A stretch of DNA of 64,000 bases from Raillietiella orientalis (lineage: Eukaryota): NCBI GenBank assembly GCA_036172245.1, contig JAYWIR010000012.1, forward strand, positions 4,278,001 to 4,342,000, written 5' to 3'. Positions 35,241 to 46,298 of this stretch are shown here, in pieces. Position 1 is the stretch's first letter, and the number at the start of each line of letters is the position of its first letter. Both the position numbers and the translations under genes were made by a program. Below the pieces are notes generated by a model. It was not told the origin of the DNA, made no database searches, and saw only the letters and a list, made by a program, of their open reading frames with translations.

Positions 35241-38200
35241 CGTTCGACCTACTTCATCAATTCCAGGGTCTCCAGACGCCAGCAACAGCCTTTTTTTTTT
35301 TTTTTTTTCCCTTTTCAATTTTCCAATTAGAGACGATAGCGGCGACTGCGCACGCGCGCGGCGCAAAGTCCGGACGCCGGAGCGCCCACCGCCGCTTCTG
35401 CCCAGGCACCCTCTCGGACGTCCCGAGGCACGCTCCTGCCTTCCTGCTGCTCTGCATCAGTGGCTTGGTGCGCCATCTCGCGTGAAGGGGTGTGTGTGGG
35501 CGGGTGGCGTCCCGCGGCTACCGCGCTGGGAGGATTCGCAGCGCCTGCGCAGGAGTGCGGTGGGCCTGCTCGCACGTACTTCCCCTCCCACGGCGCGCCA
35601 AGATCGGTTTTCCGGGCCACCGGAAAGGACTGCCTCGCTATTTTCCTTTCTTCTCGATCTCCCAAGCGCTGCCCCTCCCCTCCTGCCACGCCACGCCGGG
35701 AGAGGAGCGAACCCTCCCTCCTTCCCGGCGAGCGAGGCACTCGACGAACACCGGAAAGGGTTGCCGTGGTGAGCGGAGGACCGCGTTTACAGGAAGCGGA
35801 AACCCGCTGCCGGGGTCTTCCTTTCGGATGAAGGGGGAGGGAGGGGCGGGGAAGGTCGCGTCTTCAGGCTCGAAAGCCCCCTCGGGATGCTGGAAGCGAC
35901 TTCGTGCCGAAGAGGAGGAGGGTGATCCGTGACTACGGAGACTGGGAATGGACCTCGGAACGGCCACAAAGTCGAAGATGCGCGGCCAGCCGCTTGGGGT
36001 TCTCCGCACTCGAGGTCGCCCCCTTCCGCCTCGATGCCGGACCAGAAGCGCGAGCGAAGTCTCGGTCCTTCCTCCGGGAGGATTCCGCCCCGGATGCGGC
36101 AGCAGGCCATCGGGACGCGCTCCGGTTCCTCTTCTGGACGATGGGAAGAGGCGGCGAGAGCTGCGCGAGTGCGTGCCCTGGAAAGGCGAGGGGAGATCGG
36201 CAGCCCCAAGGCCAGCCGGGAAGCGTCGGGGAGCGTTCCGTGTGTGGGGCACAGCCGCGCGCCCGGACGGGGAACGAGGAGGAAGGGAGGAATGGGAAAA
36301 GTGGGGGAGTAAAGGAGGAAGAAGGGGAAGGGAAGGAGGGAAGATGGGAGGAAAAAAAGAAGGAAGAAGAGGGAGGAGGGGTCGACCTTCGCCTCCAGCT
36401 CCTCCCACCGACTACCCGAAGACGCCTGGACTAGACCCGTCCTGGCCCCTTCGCTGCCGCCCTCGTCGGCCTTCTGACACTCAGGGGGCCATGTGAGGTG
36501 CCCAGTGGCGGCCCTTGCAGGTCCCCCCCGCAGGACACGCACAGCACTGGGTCGACGGCGCCGGCGCTCTCTTTTTTCCCGGCGGGGGGGAGGGAGACCA
36601 GAAGAACAGAGGGACGAAGGATGGGGAGGGGGAGAACCGCAGAGCGCGTGACCATCTCAACAGTGGAGGCGAGCGTTGCCTAGGAACGGAGGACGAAGGG
36701 AAACCGCGCGCGGGGGGTACTTGCCGAAAGCCGCCTGCGGCCCGTCCCGGGAAACGGGACACGTCCTTCCTCGAGGGAAGGGCCGCCGCTCTTTCCCTTC
36801 TCCGGATCCCGTGGGAACCGCGACATCCTGCCGTCCCTCGCGGATCAGCCTCGGGGCAGGGAGGGGGAGGCGGCGCGCTCGAACGGGAGCGAGAGGGCGA
36901 AGGAGCTGCTGGGCGGCGGCGCGCCCCTGGAGATGCCTGGAGCAGCTCGGAACGGGAAGGCTGCCTCCCGGGAGGCCGCACGCTCATCTTCCCAGGGGTG
37001 GCTTGCCTGGCGCCTGGAGACGGGCTGCGAGCGGGCGCAAGAAGGGGAGGGAGGTTGGCAAGGGATGGGTGGCACCGACTCCGAGGAAGGCAGCCCTCCC
37101 TCCCTCCTCCTTTTTCCTCCTCGAGACAGGAGACGAGAGAAGGAGGAGATGGGCGCGCCGACCTGCCTCGACCTCCACCCTCCCTCGACTCTCTCGTTGC
37201 TGCCGCGTCTACAATTTTCCCCTTAACCCCTCCCCCTCGCTCGCGACAGCGCCATCCCGCGGCTCAAGGGTTCTGTCCGAGGGCGGGATCATCGTCGGAG
37301 CCGCCTCGCCACGGTAGCAGCAGCGCCTTCCGCTGCGGCCGCGGCGAATCAAGGAAGTTCCGTCGCCGAAGAGGTCGTGAAACGGAAGGGGGGTGGGGGG
37401 ATAGGGACGGAGTCTCCCTCCCGCCTTTCATCTCTACCCCCTCCACCAACACCACGACCACCATCCTTGCTCCCCCTCCCCTTCCCCCTGTCTCCCCAGG
37501 GGTTCTCCAGGTGCGCGTGGGCATGAGGAGGGAAAGGAAGCGGCATCCCTCCGCCCCTGCCTTCCCGCAGACGGGGGGGGGGGAGAGGAGGGGGGCGATG
37601 CTGCTGCGGCTGCTGCACACGTGTCGGGATGAACGCGCCGTCCAACTGCCGAGCGCCGATAAGATCGCGCCGTTCCGTGTTTTCCCAGCGATAAGGATGT
37701 TTGCCGAATCTGGCGCCAGGGCTCCACCGCGGGCGGAAGTCCTCGACCCGACCGGGAGGCTGCTCCCCCGCGGGAGGAGGAGAAGGGCGCCGGGCGGTGG
37801 TGCGCGCGGACGACCCGCCGCCGTCGCCTCCTGATGCAGCAGCAGCCTCGGTGGGACCTACCTTCCTTCTTTTCCCTCCCACGAGGTCCCACGGACGCCT
37901 CCCCGAGGAAGCAGAGGAGAGGGTTGGAGTGGGGGAAGGAAACGCCCGCTGCCGCGGCTCCTCTCTCCCTCTAGCTCGCGGAAGGAATCCGCGGACGGCG
38001 TCCCCTGCGTCACTCCGCGCCGCTCCCCCCCCCCCCCCTCTTCTGCCGCCGCTCGCACTCCCAACAAGTGGTCCGGTGACTCAGCGCTAATTGGCGCGAC
38101 ACGGGAGGGAAACGGGAAGGAGCGCGCGCGATAATCGGATGGCGTGCCGCAGGAGCGCGAGCGGGAGAGGCCCCCGCCAACAGGCCACTTGGGCGCTCCT

Positions 38201-39273
38201 CTTCCGACCGGGAAAAAGTCCCGTTGTCCTCCTCCTCCTCCTCGCCTCGCGGCTGGTGCGCACCCTTTCCTCATCTGCGCCCCCCGGCACACCCGCGCGG
38301 AGGGGACACCGCTCAACGTGGACCTCAACGCGCGCCGTGATCGGTGGGACCGCTTGGGGCAGGGCAAAAAGTTCCCCGGTCTTCCTGCTGCCTCCGCGCG
38401 CGGCCTGGAACTGCGGCCAGCCGAGCCGGCGAAGACCCCCGGGGGATCTTTCCGGCCTGCCCCGAGCGTCTCCGCATCGCCGCTACGAGGACGGCGCGTT
38501 CCGTTCGGCGGCGGCGGCTCTGCGAGATTTCGTTCCGGCCGCTCCGCATGTCCGCGCGCGCGTACGTCCTACCCGTCGCCTGGAGACGGGAGTCCCGCGA
38601 GGAGGCTTCGCGAGGGGAAAGCTGTTTCTCCCCCTTAAGGGGGAGTGGAAGCTGCTGGGGCAGGAGCACCGCTTAGTTGACGGATCGGGAACAAACGTGG
38701 GGGGAGTCATGGGGAGAGCGTTCAAGGCTGCCGTAGGTTTCGTATTCGCAGCCCGCCCGACTGTTCGCGCGCGCTCCGCAACCATGGCGCCGCGGCGTGC
38801 CGGGCGCCTAGCGACGACGGCGAGCGCCGCGTCTCGCGGGCCGAGAAGCCAGGCGGCTTGGAAGGGGAACAAAAGGCAACGTCCACGGTGGACCTCCCCG
38901 AAAGCCCTTGTTCGCACGCACGTGCGTGTGATGGAGCGCGCGAGTGCCCGCGCACGCGTGATTTTTCCCCCCGAGCCGGATGAAGTGCGAACGCGCGCTT
39001 TCCTCTCTCTGGAGATCCTTCGGAACACGTCCCGCCGCTCCGTGTGCGCAACACGCCTCCGAAATTTCCATACGCTTAATTAAGTTAAATTGCTCCCGGT
39101 GGCAGCCAGCAGTTCTGGCGAAACATCCATTTGTGCGACGTGCGGACAATAGGGGACTCCACGCACACATGGGCTGCTGCGCAGAGCGCCTCTGACGACC
39201 TTTCTATTTATTATTATTATTATTATTTTTTTCCCCAACCTTCTCCGACCCGTGGATCCGGGAAAACGCAGAT

Positions 39274-39309
<36 letters not shown>

Positions 39310-40042
39310 GCTGCGCGCACCTTTTAATAATGGCTTGGAGCCATCGGCGATTGCGGTTTCGCTGGCGCCCGCGTTTATTATGAAGGCAAAGCAGTTTGTT
39401 GTGGCAACCCTTGCTGCTCGCCCCCGGCGAGCGGAAGCGCTTTCCGCACTACGGCGAACCCCGGTTGTGTTTTCCGGAAGATTCGTGACCCCCCCGCCCC
39501 TATCCCTCGCCTTGTTCCGCTTTCCAGCAACCAGAGGTCGGGCTGAAACCGCGACGGGATGCGCGCGGGCTCCCCATTTACGGGGGAATCGTGAGATTCG
39601 TCCAGCCGAAACCTCCGGGCGGGGGAACCTCTGTTCTGGGCTGGTCGCGGGAGCACCGGGGGAGTCTGTCGGATGCGGGAGGGGGGGCACCCGAGCGAGG
39701 GCAGGAGGGCTCGCCACCTCGCCCTTCCTCCCTCCTCCCCCCCTCCGTCCCAGAAGGGGTGCTGCTGCTGGGCCCCCTTCGAACGTGATTCAGGGTCGGA
39801 GAGCGACGGGGATCGACGAGAATCCCGCGCGCACCGAACGGGGGGGCCCTTCTCTCCCGCCTCCCCTTCCTCCTTTCGTTCCCAGTAGTCCGCGTGCGCG
39901 CCCGGCGTACTGCCGTGTTCCCGGAAGGGCTGCTAAGCCTTTTTTCCCGGCCTCCCCTCGCGCACTCTTCCTCCCCGCCGCCTCCCGGCCGGCCCGAAGG
40001 CGCGCGCGAGAAATGCGAACCGCCGGCGCATTGTTTCGGATC

Positions 40043-40076
40043 GTGACGTCACCCGTCCGCGCTCGGTTAAAAATTT
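40043..40076 (+). promoter_or_regulatory. Candidate proximal promoter of myc-like copy B
   Basis: Perfect CRE palindrome GTGACGTCAC (40043-40052), followed by AT-rich TTAAAAATTT (40067-40076) in a GC-rich context, 70-100 nt upstream of the ATG. A second TGACGT half-site lies at about 40135. Confidence 0.45.
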
Positions 40077-40146
40077 CCCGCACGTTCGCCCCGCACTGCG
40101 TCGTGAGAGCGGGGGTGCAGTGCGCTTGCGATGGTGACGTGCCACC

Positions 40147-40860
40147 ATGTGCGACTCGGACGGAGGAGACCCGGAGCGCGCTGGCGCCGCTTTCGGGAGC
40201 GGCGCCTGGGATGAGCGCGACGCGCCGAGCGCCACCCTTCCCCAGTCTCCCCCACCCCTCACCGCCCCCGGCCTCCCGGAAGGGCTCCTGCCCTCGCGGA
40301 CTCGACCCACGAGAGGGTTGCGGCGCCACGACTGCATGTGGTCCGGCTCGTGTCAGAGCCGGGAGCACAGGAAGGGCGCGTTCTCGAGCCCGAACTCCCT
40401 GGACTCGGACCCGGAGGAGGAGGAGCAATCCGCTCCCAGGAAAGGTAGGAAGGCAAACGCTCCGGGGGACGACGCGCTGACCTTCCCGCTCGCAGCCGCG
40501 GTCGCGCGCGGCGGGGCCAGGCGCGAGAGGGCACCCAGGCTGGTGTCGGTGCTCAACCCCAGCGTCGTGGGACGCCGGGCAGTGCACCCGCCGCCCAAGG
40601 GAGCGAAGAGGCACCGTCGAGGGGAGCTGAGGTTGTCCTTCGAGAAGCTGCGCCTGCAGCTGCCGAGCGTCAACCGGAACCCGAGGGCGTCGAAGGCGGC
40701 GATCCTGCTGTCGGCCGTGGGCCAGGTGGCGCAGCTGCGGACCGACAGCCAGCGGCTCTTCGCCGAGGAGCAGCGCCTCCGGGTGACGAAGGACAAGCTG
40801 GAGTCCTCCAAGCAGCGGCTGGAGAGACAGATGATCGATTTATACCACCAGGTGCAGTGA
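40147..40860 (+). CDS. Intronless Myc-like paralogue (copy B): MBII plus HLH-Zip with a degenerate basic region
   Basis: GCCACCATG start with an in-frame TGA just upstream. Contains RHDCMWSGSCQSREH (MBII), acidic DSDPEEEE, HLH ELRLSFEKLRLQLP...RASKAAILLSA and six heptad leucines. Uninterrupted 237-aa ORF. Confidence 0.9.
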   Translation: MCDSDGGDPERAGAAFGSGAWDERDAPSATLPQSPPPLTAPGLPEGLLPSRTRPTRGLRRHDCMWSGSCQSREHRKGAFSSPNSLDSDPEEEEQSAPRKGRKANAPGDDALTFPLAAAVARGGARRERAPRLVSVLNPSVVGRRAVHPPPKGAKRHRRGELRLSFEKLRLQLPSVNRNPRASKAAILLSAVGQVAQLRTDSQRLFAEEQRLRVTKDKLESSKQRLERQMIDLYHQVQ

Positions 40861-41259
40861 TGCCCCCCGCTTCCCCTCCTGATGCCGCCCTCGCGCGCGG
40901 TTTCCGGAACGCTGGGCACCTCTCTGGAACGCCGCAGAGGGAGACTTGTCGCGTCCATTTCCTTCCCTCCCTCTCCTGACTTGGCTCCTGGAGCTCAGGC
41001 GGCGGCGGACCTGACCCCTCCCTCCCCCCTCCCCGTGGCAAATCCTGGCGGGTCCAGACGGTAAGTGCAGTGCCGCGTCGTGCAGGAAAGACAGCAGGGC
41101 GTCGCCCCCAGAGAGCGCACGCGCGTGCGCTCTCGACACGGTTCTCGCGGGGTAGGCCGCCGCCGCCGCCGGAGTCACACGGCGCGGGAGCGAGTGCAGT
41201 AGCCGGGGAAGACGGGCCGGCGCTCCCCCGTGTCCCGGGACTCTTCTCCTGGAGAGGCG

Positions 41260-41265
41260 AATAAA
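41260..41265 (+). terminator. Candidate polyadenylation signal of myc-like copy B
   Basis: First AATAAA after the stop (400 nt downstream), followed by GTGTGTTTTTTTT about 50 nt further on. Confidence 0.5.
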
Positions 41266-44200
41266 AGTCTCTTTCGCCCCTTCACGGGCGGCTGTGCCTC
41301 AAGGGGAACGCTCCGTGTGTTTTTTTTTGGGGGGGGGGGGGGGGGATCACGCAGTAGTCGCGTCCGCACTGTCTCTTCCACCCTTCCTCCTCCGGCGCAC
41401 GTTTGGTGGGCGCAGCTGCTGCGGCCTGGCAGAGGACCGCTGCAGTTGCCGCCGCACGTTTCCCCCTTCCACCCGTTCCTCCGGTCCACCCTGCGCTCGT
41501 CAAGCGTGGTCCCGGAATCCCGTGGGGGAGGCCGGCACCCTTCTCCGGAAGAGTCCCGCCCCCCCCGGGCGACGGCGGCGGAAGGGGAAGTCTCCGGGCA
41601 AGTGCCGGCTTCCGCCGTCGGACAGCCGGACGTCTACTGAGGCGCCTCCAAACGGACGGGCTTTAGGGAGAGCGAAGCTGCGTCCTGACCGACTTCTCTT
41701 CCCTCACTGACCTCTCGGGAGGTGAGCAGAGACGCCCCTCGTCGGCTGCTGCATCTTCGCCGGGTGTGGGGGGGTGGGGTGGAGAGACATGAAACTCGCT
41801 TCGCCCACCCAACCCCACACATTGCGGGGGCGCTGCCTCTCCAGGGCGTGTGCCGACCCACCTGCCGTACCGCGTGGGGTGGCGGTCTGCCGCGCCCGCG
41901 TACCGCTGCGTCTCCTTGGCAACCAGAGCACGTTTGCCGCGCGCAGATATCCGTCTCCGGGTGTTGCAACCGGCTGCGGAGCGCTGGCTTCAGCCAGAGG
42001 TGGGTTGACGTGACAACCGGCGTTGCGCAAAGCGACCGGAAGCGCCCACCGCCCCCTCCCCCGGGGTCATCCCGGAAGGAGGCGACGTGCGGCTCCGCTT
42101 CCAGAAGTGGCCGGTGCGCCCGCAGGATCTCCGGTCGGGCGGCTTCCATGCGGAAGGAGTGGCCTGGGGGTGAGGGGACTGGGCCGCGAGGCGAGGAGGC
42201 GGAGGTACAGCAGTAGCTTCCGGCAGCCACCACGACGCTGCCGACAAGGGAAGGCGGATCAGGATTTGTGGGGGGGGGGGAAGGGGAGGTGCAGGCGTCC
42301 TCCGCCGCTGCCGGAAGTGGAGGCGCCCCCGCGCGGCTGAATCGCCCCTCGCCCGAAGGGAGAGGGGGCGGAGCGTCCCCTCCGCTCCCCTTCCCCGTAG
42401 CGGTGGTGGGGAAGGGCAGTCGTCGTCCTGGCGATGCTTCCTCTGACCGCCCGCTGTGCCCGTTGGTGCGGGCGGACGTGCGTTGCCTCACCTCTGGCGC
42501 CTCCCCGTTGCCTCAGGAAAGGGAAGCTTCCTCTTCCCTCCGCGAGAAGGCGCGCGATTCGGAAGTGGAGGGGGGGGGGACAGTCTCATTCGTTCCCGCC
42601 CCATTATTCCTGGAGGGGACGACTCACTTGCCTGCCTACCGAGCCGCCCCGGGGGTTCAGGAGGAAGGACGGGAGTGCTCCTCGCTCTTCGGACGGGTGT
42701 CACGGGGATCTTCCCCTCCCGCTCCCAGCCCGGGGATGCGTGAACGCTCCCCACCCCACCCCAAGGTGGATACGGAAGGAGAGAATCGATCCGCGCGCGG
42801 CAGGGTCAGGAGACCAGGATCCCCGCCAACCACAGGTTCTCCCCTCATCCCTGGGCGGCTACCTGGACGTCCTCCTGCCGGCAGGCTGGGTGCTCCCGGG
42901 ACGGGCCCGCCGCAAGGGGGCGTCTTCTCGGTCTCCCGCGTACGCGTGCGCTCATCCTCTCGAGCCGGACGCGTTCTCGCCGCGATCCAAGTCTTCCCGC
43001 CGTCACACATCCCCGCCCACACCCGACAGCGTAGCGACCCGGCGTCTGCCTCGCGCCACCTCGCGCAGGCGTGGCAGCCCGGCGCCGCTTACATTGTCAT
43101 TGATTCTTGGGCCGATTGGGCGCCAACCTGGTCCAGCTCCGCGTCGCCGCCTCCCCCTTTCCGTGCCGAGGTGCCGCCTTTCCGAAGGACGTGGAGTCGC
43201 GTGAGAGAGGCTCCGGGAGCCCCCTGCCGTCTCCGAGGTGATGCGAAAGCCGAAGCCCGGCGCGGTTGGTATCCCGGGACGGAAAACGCGCCGCCTGGGG
43301 GCCGCCGCCCTCCTCCTCCTCCTCCTCCTCCTCCTCCCGCCCCCGAGGCTTGCCTCCCTATCTCGGTCCCCGGGCGCGCGGCCGGACGGACGTGCCTATC
43401 TGCTTCCGGACGCGCTCCGCTCGGAGCGACGGAGGGACCCCGGCGGCACCCCTCGAAGGGGCGTTTCCGGCGCGCGCGCTCCGCAGGTGGGGGGAGGGCG
43501 GCGCTGTCCAACCCGGTCCGGAGCTTCTCGAGACGCGGAGCTACCTGCTGCTGCCCCTTTCCGTCGGCGGTCTCTCTCCTGAGGAAAGGACGAAAGGGGC
43601 GTCGTCCAGGGAAAGGAGGGCGACCGGCGGCACGCGACTTCCTGGTTTCTCCCGCGCGCGCGCCGTCTTCCCCCTTCGGTTGCCAGGTGGCAACCGGAGC
43701 GCGAACGAAGCAGGCGGAGAGGGAAGCAGGGAGGCTGCCGCCGCCGCGCGCCGGCGTCGCGCGAGCCTTCCCTCCAGCCCGACATGACAACCCTCGCCTT
43801 CAGGGCCGCAGGCCACCTGTCTCGTCGGCTGGCGGCGTCCGTCGTTCCGATTGATCGCGCGTCCGAGGTGGGGGCGTCGGCGGGGTGGGGGATTCTCTCC
43901 CGCCGGATCGCGGGAAGGGGAGCGCTCTCGGTTTCCTCGGGTCCCGTCGCGACCCCGCAAGAAGGGACGCCCCACCCCTTTCCTCTGAGACGCGTCGGGT
44001 GGACGCTGCTGCAGGGGGCGGGAAAGCGCGCATCCACGCATCGTCCTTCGAGCGACCGCGCCCGGCCGCAGCGTACAGACGTCTGGCCTGCGTCTGCTCC
44101 GTCCGAGGCACCCAGGTCGCGTGTGTCGGGGTGACGTCACTCGAAACGCGCGCGCCCTCGCGCGGACTTCCGCCGGGCGGAGGGGGGACGAAAGGCGTGC

Positions 44201-44829
44201 GCGTGCGCCGGAGGGAGGAGGTGAATGTGGGGACGGGGGGCCTCCCCCACGAACGAATGAGGGACTGCAGGGTGGAGGTCCTCGTTCGCTCTTCGAGACG
44301 CGGGAATCGCTCCCTCCTCCCCTCCTCCTTCGTGCCGTGGGCCCACAAAAGGCTAGGGGCATGTTGGCGCTCCGCCCTCGGTCCCATTCTCACCCGGCGG
44401 CAGCTGTAGGGTGGAGGGACTAGCCCGTCGCCCACTCCTACCCTACCCCGCTCCCGCGTGCAGCTGCTTTTTTGCCCCACCCGTGGCCGCGTCGCTGCCG
44501 CCGCCCGATGGCGGTGCTGCCCCCCTTCATTCGGGTAAGAACAGCAGCCGGGGGACTGGGGAATAGCGAGAACGTCTTGCTCCTTCCCCCTCCGGGCAGA
44601 CCTTCGCCTCTAGCTGGGGCAGCCACCGTTCGCTCGGGTTGACCCCGGAAGCGCGTGGAGGGGAATCTTCCTGTCGCATGAAGGGGGCGCAAGTCCGGGA
44701 AGACGGGTAGAGAGGTCGTTGACCTCCCGAGGCGCCGTGGCTCAAAGCGAGGGGCTCTGCGAAGCCGGTTGCCTGGGGCGACGCGCCTTCTTTCGCTTCA
44801 CTCCCTCTGGCTCCCGGAAGGTTAGTTTC

Positions 44830-45310
44830 CCTCCCTGAGACCCCGGTCGGAAGGCACGAAAGGAAAGCAGTGCAGGTGCGAATCTTCCCTGAAAGTGGAA
44901 CGGGTGCCCCGGGTCCGACGTTCCCCCCTCCCTCGTCTGCAGCCTCGCGCCGCTGCTCCCTTCCGGAATGGTGACTCTTCCCTTCTCCGGGATCGTAGCG
45001 TCACCTCGATGGCGGGAGGAGGAATTTCTCCGTCCTCGAACCCCAGCAGGCCTCTCCAAAGAGCTGCTGCCCCCCCCCCCGGGCGCTTCCTGAGAACGGG
45101 GGCTGCCGTGCGGGAGGTAGACTCCCACGCCAGGAGGGCATCAACTTTGGGAGGCTTCCCGGACGTTCTGGACGGGTTTTCGGCGCTTCGCTGCCTGTCC
45201 GCATCTCCCCCTAGACTCCTCCAGGCGACACTCCACTCGTTCCCCAACCCCACTTCTCCCGAAGACCTCCAAGTGCCGTCCCGCCTCCCCGCGCGACTTC
45301 CAGGCGCCGC
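44830..45310 (-). mobile_element. Possible decayed LINE APE-endonuclease fragment
   Basis: Ordered weak matches: RRDGTWRSSGEV, GVYLP, RGDATIP, TREGGTSDP and PSDR, against RRDR..R.GGGV, VY.P, GDFN.P, TR.G..LD and SDH. Confidence 0.3.
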
Positions 45311-46268
45311 TTTCGGATCGTCCTGAACGAGCCGGGAGGGGAGGGGGAAGGGAGAGCGTGCTGCCGAGTGACGAGCACGCGTTCCTTCCCCTCCCTTTTC
45401 CCGAGGGTGTAGTGGCCAGCACCTCCCGCGCGCTGCCCGATGGGCGAAAGGGGAGGAGAGCAACAAAGGCGGCCTCCAGGAGCGACAAAGAAGGCAGACA
45501 AAGAGAGGCTTCCGGGGCGTCGGCGACCGCTCGAACTGTTGAAAGTGAAAGGCGCGAGGATCGCGGGCATGCGCTCCGAGGAGGAGGCTGAGGAAAGGAC
45601 GCTCTTCGAACCGAGAAACCGCAGCGTCGCCCGCACCAGCTGGAAGACGAGCAGCCGCTCCCGCGCGGAGGAAGCGCGCTCGGAAGATATGCGAGGGACG
45701 CTTCGCCCCCCTCCCTCCTTCGGCGCTCCCTTCTGCCCCGCTCGTCATCGCCACCCGTCCGCGGCCCCTCCTCAAGGAGAGGCTCGGCAGGCGCCCGATG
45801 CGAGGGAACTCGCGCGCTCGGGAAGGGCAAAAATAAATAATAAAAAGATGAAGAAGAAGATGGTGGCGCTCTCGTGCAGGCGTCCTTGAAGAACACGCAG
45901 CGTCGTCCACCACAGAAAAGGGGGGGGGGGGACGACGGGTCGACAACAGCACGAAAGTCTGAGGTTCCGGACGTCTCCGCTACGCGTCTCCCGGGGTGTG
46001 CTAGCCCACCCAAGAATCGAAGAGGAGAGGGGGTCTGTCTCGTCCGTCGGCATTACGACTCTCAGGGAGTAGGGAGAGGAGAGAGGAGGCAGAGGGTGCC
46101 GATTAGGGTGCTGCGTCCTCCGGCCGGGTTCCGAGCAGCAGCGGCGGCGGAGCTGCCTTCTTTCCCCGCTAGCGGTCCAGACGCTGCGTCCCCGTCCCCC
46201 TCTGCGCGAGCTCAGACGAGCGAGCAAGGAGGGCGTCCCGAGGGTCTTCCAGATGGGCGGCTGCAGGA

Positions 46269-46298
46269 CTCGGCCTTTTGGCTAAGATCAAAGTGTAG
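46269..46298 (+). pseudogene. U2 snRNA 5' fragment
   Basis: CTCGGCCTTTTGGCTAAGATCAAAGTGTAG matches the conserved U2 5' region (stem-loop I up to the branch-point recognition sequence), then diverges abruptly. Confidence 0.88.
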
